From a virus (lineage: Duplodnaviria > Caudoviricetes), in the IMG/VR virus record IMGVR_UViG_3300042299_000439, positions 1 to 47,699 of that record: DNA of 47,699 bases. One strand, 5' to 3'. The notes under the pieces were generated by a model, which saw only the letters and a list, made by a program, of their open reading frames with translations, was not told where the DNA came from and ran no database searches. Position numbers and translations under genes: made by a program. Of this stretch, positions 43,221-47,699 are shown one piece after another; the stretch's first letter is position 1; every line of letters starts with the position of its first letter.

Positions 43221-44382
43221 GAATTTTTATTCCTACTGGGTTACGAGGACGACCAGATTCGTGAATGCCTTCAAACTCTACTGTTACTAGTTTACCTAGA
43301 TAACGGTGTTTGTATGTTAGCATTTGTTGACGTTTAGCTGATGTTGCTTTGAAACTACAGTTAAATGTAGTTCCTGAAGGTAATTGACAGACAAGAATAG
43401 CTTCGTTTTTGATACTTGGAATGATATCAACGATTTTATATTCTTTGTCAAAGAATTGCTTGAGTTTTAGGATATTGGCTGATCTAGTAGCAGGATAGTA
43501 AGGTGAATTGGCATTTCTGACAATAAGACCTTCATAACCTGCATCACAGCTAGCTCTGAAATGTTTTTGAACAACTTCATCATCTAATGGCTCCTCGTAA
43601 ATAGCTGTTGGAACTATTTTGAAGGGGAATTTCTTAGATCTAAATCTAGATTTGTAAAAACCATGAGTTGGGTAACTAAATTCTAGATATTTAGCTTCTA
43701 GGGACTTGACTATGCGTTCTACTTCCTGGGAGCGTGCCCAGAATGGTGCTGAGGTATCTATAATGTCGAATACATGGAATTCTATTTCTAGGCATTCTTT
43801 GGAAGGTATTTGACGATTAACATATCCTTCTGTTATAACCCAAGGGCAATTTGGGATGATAAGTTCACCATCGAGTTTGATCTCAGATGGGATTGCAGAC
43901 AGATACATTTCGATGTGAGGACAACTTGTAATAAGTTTGGATGTACGAGAAATTAATTCTCCTTCCGAGATGATACAACGAATCCCATCGATTTTTGGTT
44001 GGACGGCAAACGAATCCCATCGAGGAGGATTCCTGTACTCTTGGCAGAGCATAGGTAAATCTGGTGGACGGGTGGGGATGTCAACTGAGAATCCTTTTCG
44101 TTGGAGTTGTTTGTTGAGTCTGGTGGTATAGTCTTGGATTGCTTCTTTTTCCGTGGAGTGCGTGTAGCATTCTTTATTGCCGGAAGCGTTCCCGATTGGC
44201 AATCTGTGACCCCATAATATTGATATAGTTGTATTTGCTCGTTCAATTGTCCACCATGTTATGTTGTTAAAGTTGTTGAGTTTATAAACTGTTTGAGATA
44301 TTGAGGATATACAATAATCTTCTGGAATGTCTACAAAAGGATCTTCTGGCTCGTATTCGTTATCAACTGGATCTATTGACAT
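43207..44382 (-). CDS. ATP-dependent DNA ligase with WGR-like N-terminal domain
   Basis: Motif I PKIDGIR, III LDGEL, IIIa FHVFDI, IV EGLIVR, V LKLK, plus an OB-fold tail. Confidence 0.92.
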   Translation of the reverse strand: MSIDPVDNEYEPEDPFVDIPEDYCISSISQTVYKLNNFNNITWWTIERANTTISILWGHRLPIGNASGNKECYTHSTEKEAIQDYTTRLNKQLQRKGFSVDIPTRPPDLPMLCQEYRNPPRWDSFAVQPKIDGIRCIISEGELISRTSKLITSCPHIEMYLSAIPSEIKLDGELIIPNCPWVITEGYVNRQIPSKECLEIEFHVFDIIDTSAPFWARSQEVERIVKSLEAKYLEFSYPTHGFYKSRFRSKKFPFKIVPTAIYEEPLDDEVVQKHFRASCDAGYEGLIVRNANSPYYPATRSANILKLKQFFDKEYKIVDIIPSIKNEAILVCQLPSGTTFNCSFKATSAKRQQMLTYKHRYLGKLVTVEFEGIHESGRPRNPVGIKIHGLR

Positions 44383-45851
44383 AAGTAAAACATATCTTTC
44401 TTGGAACGAGTGTGACCTACAAAATTTAAGTTCTCTTCTTGAAGAAGTTGAACAGGTGTTATGGCACGACTTGAAGGAAGTGGTGGGTTAAGAATACCAA
44501 TTGTTTGGGCTTCTAGACCTTTAGCTCTGTGAACTGTTGAAAGTTTTATGTGAACTGAGTTTTTACGAGGATTTGTTAAAGTGTTAACTTTATCATAGTA
44601 TTGATCTATTGTTGTACATTCTTGAAGAATATATTTAATAGCATCAAATTTGTCTTTGATGTTGGATTTGGTAAATTGATCTCCTCCTTGCATACATATT
44701 GATTCGTATGTACTAAGTTTAGAAAGTAATTCGGACATAGACTTAGCATTTCTATTTTTTACAGTATCTACTAAGGTTGATTTAAGAGTTGATGAAGAAG
44801 TTCCTACAGCAATTCCTTTTTTAACAAGAGCTAGCCCGAATTTAATCAAAGGAGCATTGTAACGACATAATACCATTGTGTCAGAATTGTAAAATTCTTG
44901 TGCCCAAGCAACAGTATCTTCACCTTCGATACGTTCAAATCTGCCAGCAGTTTTTCCTGGGACTGATTGGAGTGATGCTGATGGTTTAAGTCTATTAGCA
45001 AATTCTGCATGATTAGGTACAAGTCTGAATGATAAAGTGAGGCTATGAGAGTGTTGACATGTTTCAGCTATACGTTCCATAGAGTAAGGATCAGCACCAT
45101 TCCAGGCATTGATAGCTTGATTCTTATCTCCACAGAAGATCAAGTGTTTGCAAAGCATTTGAACTAAACGGAGACGAGCAGGAGATAAATCCTGTGACTC
45201 GTCACACATTCCCCATTCATATTTAGGTCCAGATTCAGCAAGAATAAACATTGCAAGCCATACTTGGTCAGCAAATGTGATGCCAATACGTCTATCAATC
45301 TCTTTCATTGCAATTAATAGACGACTAGATTGTTCTACCATGTTTTCATGGATTTTGAAGGGAGCTAAATCATCATATTTTTCTCGAAGTATAGAAAAAG
45401 ACTCTTCAGAGATAGGTAAAAGCTCATCTTTGAGTTTTTCGACATATCGAGAGGTTGCAATCCATTTCCACTTGTCTGGAAGATCGTTTAGATCTCTATT
45501 TGTGATTTTAGAGATAAGAATTTCATTACGAGACTTGTTGATAGGTATATTTCCGTATCTATCTCGAATAATTTTATATCCCCAACCATGAATAGTCAGA
45601 ACTTTACAATCACCATGTACTTTTTTGGAAATATCATCTACAATGTCATTATTATATGCCATGTAGATAGGTGCCGAGGCCATTCCTGGGATGTGTGCAT
45701 ATATAGATTTATATGTATCTAGTTGCTGTTCTGTACTATTGTGTCTTTGTGACCACATTGATTTAATGGGGTGTTTGTAGTACAGATAACTTTCTGCTAG
45801 AGTGGTAGTTTTACCACATCCAGGACCAGCTTGGATTAAAATATTGGTCAT
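44373..45851 (-). CDS. UvrD/Rep-like SF1 helicase
   Basis: AGPGCGKTT, TIH, DESQD, GDKNQAI, SFR, STVHRAKGLE, FVGHTRSK. Confidence 0.92.
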   Translation of the reverse strand: MTNILIQAGPGCGKTTTLAESYLYYKHPIKSMWSQRHNSTEQQLDTYKSIYAHIPGMASAPIYMAYNNDIVDDISKKVHGDCKVLTIHGWGYKIIRDRYGNIPINKSRNEILISKITNRDLNDLPDKWKWIATSRYVEKLKDELLPISEESFSILREKYDDLAPFKIHENMVEQSSRLLIAMKEIDRRIGITFADQVWLAMFILAESGPKYEWGMCDESQDLSPARLRLVQMLCKHLIFCGDKNQAINAWNGADPYSMERIAETCQHSHSLTLSFRLVPNHAEFANRLKPSASLQSVPGKTAGRFERIEGEDTVAWAQEFYNSDTMVLCRYNAPLIKFGLALVKKGIAVGTSSSTLKSTLVDTVKNRNAKSMSELLSKLSTYESICMQGGDQFTKSNIKDKFDAIKYILQECTTIDQYYDKVNTLTNPRKNSVHIKLSTVHRAKGLEAQTIGILNPPLPSSRAITPVQLLQEENLNFVGHTRSKKDMFYLCQ

Positions 45852-46105
45852 GACGGTAAGTTGAGGTTAAGGTTTTTACCTGTAAGATAAGTGTAAATGG
45901 TTGAAAGACGAATTACGTGTTTGGTAAGAATAGCACGATCTTCTTCTGAACGACAAGATCGGAGGTCTGAAGCATATTCTAGTGCTTCACGACGAGCAGC
46001 ATTGATAGCATCGGATTGACGATGTTTATCAAGAGGCTGATAATTTGAGAGGAACTTTTCTAAATCAGTTGACTTTTTGGAAAGAATTATGGGGTTTTCC
46101 GACAT
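45848..46105 (-). CDS. Hypothetical protein
   Basis: 85 aa, AGGA SD, ATGA-coupled to the helicase. Confidence 0.65.
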   Translation of the reverse strand: MSENPIILSKKSTDLEKFLSNYQPLDKHRQSDAINAARREALEYASDLRSCRSEEDRAILTKHVIRLSTIYTYLTGKNLNLNLPS

Positions 46106-46175
46106 TTGAATCCTGCATAGAGAAATAGAATAAGAAGTAAAAAGTATAGCTCAAAACTATTAAGAATTGACCATA

Positions 46176-46523
46176 TCATGAATATGAGAATCCTTTATTA
46201 GAGCAGTAATCAAGTAATGTTTTCTTTTTATCTGGGGACCAGTGTTCTGGATAGTTGTCATCTAAGAAGAATGCTTGTTCGACTTGACGTTCATTGTCTC
46301 CGTCATAGTAAGCACGAATTTCATAGTATGTTCCAAAATCATGAAAACATTGGGAGATTGTTAGGTTGATAATAATGTCAGAGAACTTAAGAGTAAGTAG
46401 TTCTTCTAACTGCTGTTTCATCAATTGTGCTTCCATTGAAGCTATTGACCGATAAAGATCATGTCCAATTTGAACACAAGGTTCATCAGAAGGAGTAGTT
46501 TCAAGTGATAAATAGTCTCTCAT
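46176..46523 (-). CDS. Conserved-looking phage hypothetical protein
   Basis: DYLSLETTPSDEPCVQIG...HDFGTYYEI...PEHW, a pattern I recall from phage early proteins (not searched). Confidence 0.7.
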   Translation of the reverse strand: MRDYLSLETTPSDEPCVQIGHDLYRSIASMEAQLMKQQLEELLTLKFSDIIINLTISQCFHDFGTYYEIRAYYDGDNERQVEQAFFLDDNYPEHWSPDKKKTLLDYCSNKGFSYS

Positions 46524-46718
46524 AGTAAATATTTGTGTTAGAGAAAAAGTGATATGCTGACAGGATACTAAAGTATGGCACTAGCATATTGGTATCCTAT
46601 TAATATATCTCATAAAAGTAGTAAAACTAGTGAAATATGGACTAAAAACCAGCATATTTAGTAAAAACATGCATAAAACGTCTCAAAAGTGGTTACTTTT
46701 AGAGTAAAAAGTGAAAAG

Positions 46719-46795
46719 TATACTGGTAGGATATTATTCTGACATTCTGCGAAAAGGTGTATAGGGAGTTCGCGGATAACTATCCTGCCAGTATA
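46719..46795 (+). ncRNA. Structured non-coding element
   Basis: TATACTGGTAGGATATTAT pairs with ATAACTATCCTGCCAGTATA; inner GCGAA/TTCGC stem; wobble pairs favour the plus strand. Confidence 0.45.
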
Positions 46796-46802
46796 TCGAC
46801 AT

Positions 46803-46919
46803 TTATCTAAATACTTGCCAGAAATTATCAATAAAGATGTCAACTGACTCACAATTAGATAATTCTTCTAAATTAGGGGTAATAACACGAACAGAACCAA
46901 TCCATGCACGATACAACAT
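46803..46919 (-). CDS. Small hypothetical peptide (38 aa, not in ORF track)
   Basis: MLYRAWIGSVRVITPNLEELSNCESVDIFIDNFWQVFR with AAGGA SD. Confidence 0.4.
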   Translation of the reverse strand: MLYRAWIGSVRVITPNLEELSNCESVDIFIDNFWQVFR

Positions 46920-46977
46920 AGCTAAATCCTTTAACTATAAGAAAACAAGACTATATGATAAAACATGCCTAAAGAAA

Positions 46978-47196
46978 TTATTTGACTGGAAATACTTGAT
47001 CTTTAGATTGTAATAAATTATAGATTTCATGTTCTTCTGAATTTTTTGCAATATGCCTTGGAATTGCTTCAGAAGTTTTGAAGTTTACTGGAACGATTGG
47101 ATCAAGATTAAGATTACCTAATCTTTTTTCTATCTTATGACGGTTAATAAAGTCAAGCATAGAAATATATCTTTTAGCTTGTAATACGTCAGACAA
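46978..47196 (-). CDS. Hypothetical early protein
   Basis: 72 aa, overlapping the upstream gene by 8 nt. Confidence 0.55.
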   Translation of the reverse strand: MSDVLQAKRYISMLDFINRHKIEKRLGNLNLDPIVPVNFKTSEAIPRHIAKNSEEHEIYNLLQSKDQVFPVK

Positions 47197-47491
47197 TTTT
47201 TAACTCGATTGAAAGGGGAAAAAGTAATCTGTTGATACCCACGAGGGCTTCTTTCTGGGGGTGACTATCGAATTGTAGTATGCTTATTGTTAGTGGTGTA
47301 TCTACTATTTTACCTCTGAGTTTGTAAGTGTAATATGGGATTAAGATTTTCATTTCACTAGGGAATTTACATTTCTCTGGAATTGATATTCCATTAAATA
47401 ATAGAATTGCACCTAGAAAATCGTAGTGGCTTCCATCAAATAAATATTTATTTGGATGGATGACAAGTCTTTTGGGTATTTCAATAATCAT
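47189..47491 (-). CDS. Hypothetical early protein
   Basis: 100 aa, first ORF after the right-end promoter. Confidence 0.6.
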   Translation of the reverse strand: MIIEIPKRLVIHPNKYLFDGSHYDFLGAILLFNGISIPEKCKFPSEMKILIPYYTYKLRGKIVDTPLTISILQFDSHPQKEALVGINRLLFPLSIELKIV

Positions 47492-47569
47492 AAAAGATAA
47501 AGGGAAAAAACACGCCGTTAAAAGTAAAGTTTACGCGGTATCAGATTGGCATATCGCCTTCTAAGAATG

Positions 47570-47599
47570 ATTCTACCATAGTTATCGGCATTTTGTCAA
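47570..47599 (-). promoter_or_regulatory. Sigma70-type early promoter
   Basis: TTGACA-N18-TAGAAT with extended -10 TG and very AT-rich upstream sequence. Confidence 0.7.
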
Positions 47600-47699
47600 T
47601 AGCGAATCTATAAAATTTAAAAAATATTTTACAAAAATTTATTGCGTAAAAATTATAAAGAAGGGCGTAAAATTTATAGGAAAACAAAAAAAGAGAGGC

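Noticed and set aside
888-45591. Plus-strand ORFs and short nested minus-strand ORFs in the track
   Set aside because: They lie inside well-supported minus-strand genes, lack recognisable motifs and reflect codon bias of the real genes.
46658-46852. 64-aa track ORF
   Set aside because: GTG start without a clear SD; it lies over strong inverted repeats and overlaps a better-supported 38-aa ORF.
1-47699. Circular or terminally repeated complete genome
   Set aside because: No terminal repeat is visible. Joining the ends would finish the Erv-like ORF with an implausible PPLFFVFL tail, so the left end looks truncated.
1-47699. tRNA genes, stop-codon reassignment, DGR/retron, introns or inteins
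   Set aside because: No cloverleaf seen; genes are full length in the standard code; no reverse transcriptase; core enzymes are uninterrupted.

Overview
This 47.7 kb window is most of the genome of an AT-rich, long-tailed (siphovirus-like) dsDNA phage, with essentially every gene on the minus strand. Reading right to left there is a near-consensus sigma70 promoter and small early genes, then a replication/recombination block: SF1 helicase, ATP-dependent ligase, DUF559 nuclease, HTH protein, degenerate UDG-family protein, PD-(D/E)XK exonuclease, MazG-like protein, Rmf-like peptide, Sak4-like ATPase, SSB-like protein, CAP protein, dATP/dGTP diphosphohydrolase, RHH protein, PolA and a TOPRIM-AAA+ primase-helicase. 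Next come the large terminase, an S8 protease plus a cluster of small membrane proteins where a lysis cassette would be expected, and about 10.7 kb of fibre/spike-like genes. The head-tail module follows: lambda-type portal, protease-capsid fusion, neck/tail genes, tail chaperone with a -1 frameshift, tape measure and a Cys-rich tail-tip protein. The most striking item is missing from the ORF track: a minus-strand ORF at 338..1, cut by the window edge, encoding an Erv1/ALR-family FAD sulfhydryl oxidase that is translationally coupled to a 28-cysteine tail protein. This suggests a poxvirus-like cytoplasmic disulfide-formation system in a bacteriophage. Other notable items are seven dispersed intergenic hairpins sharing a bulged-G core, a perfect 51-bp direct repeat bracketing the protease cassette, structured non-coding regions and a chain of heavily overlapping genes. 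A Planctomycetota host is a guess from protein style only. All family calls come from reading motifs by eye; no database searches were run.
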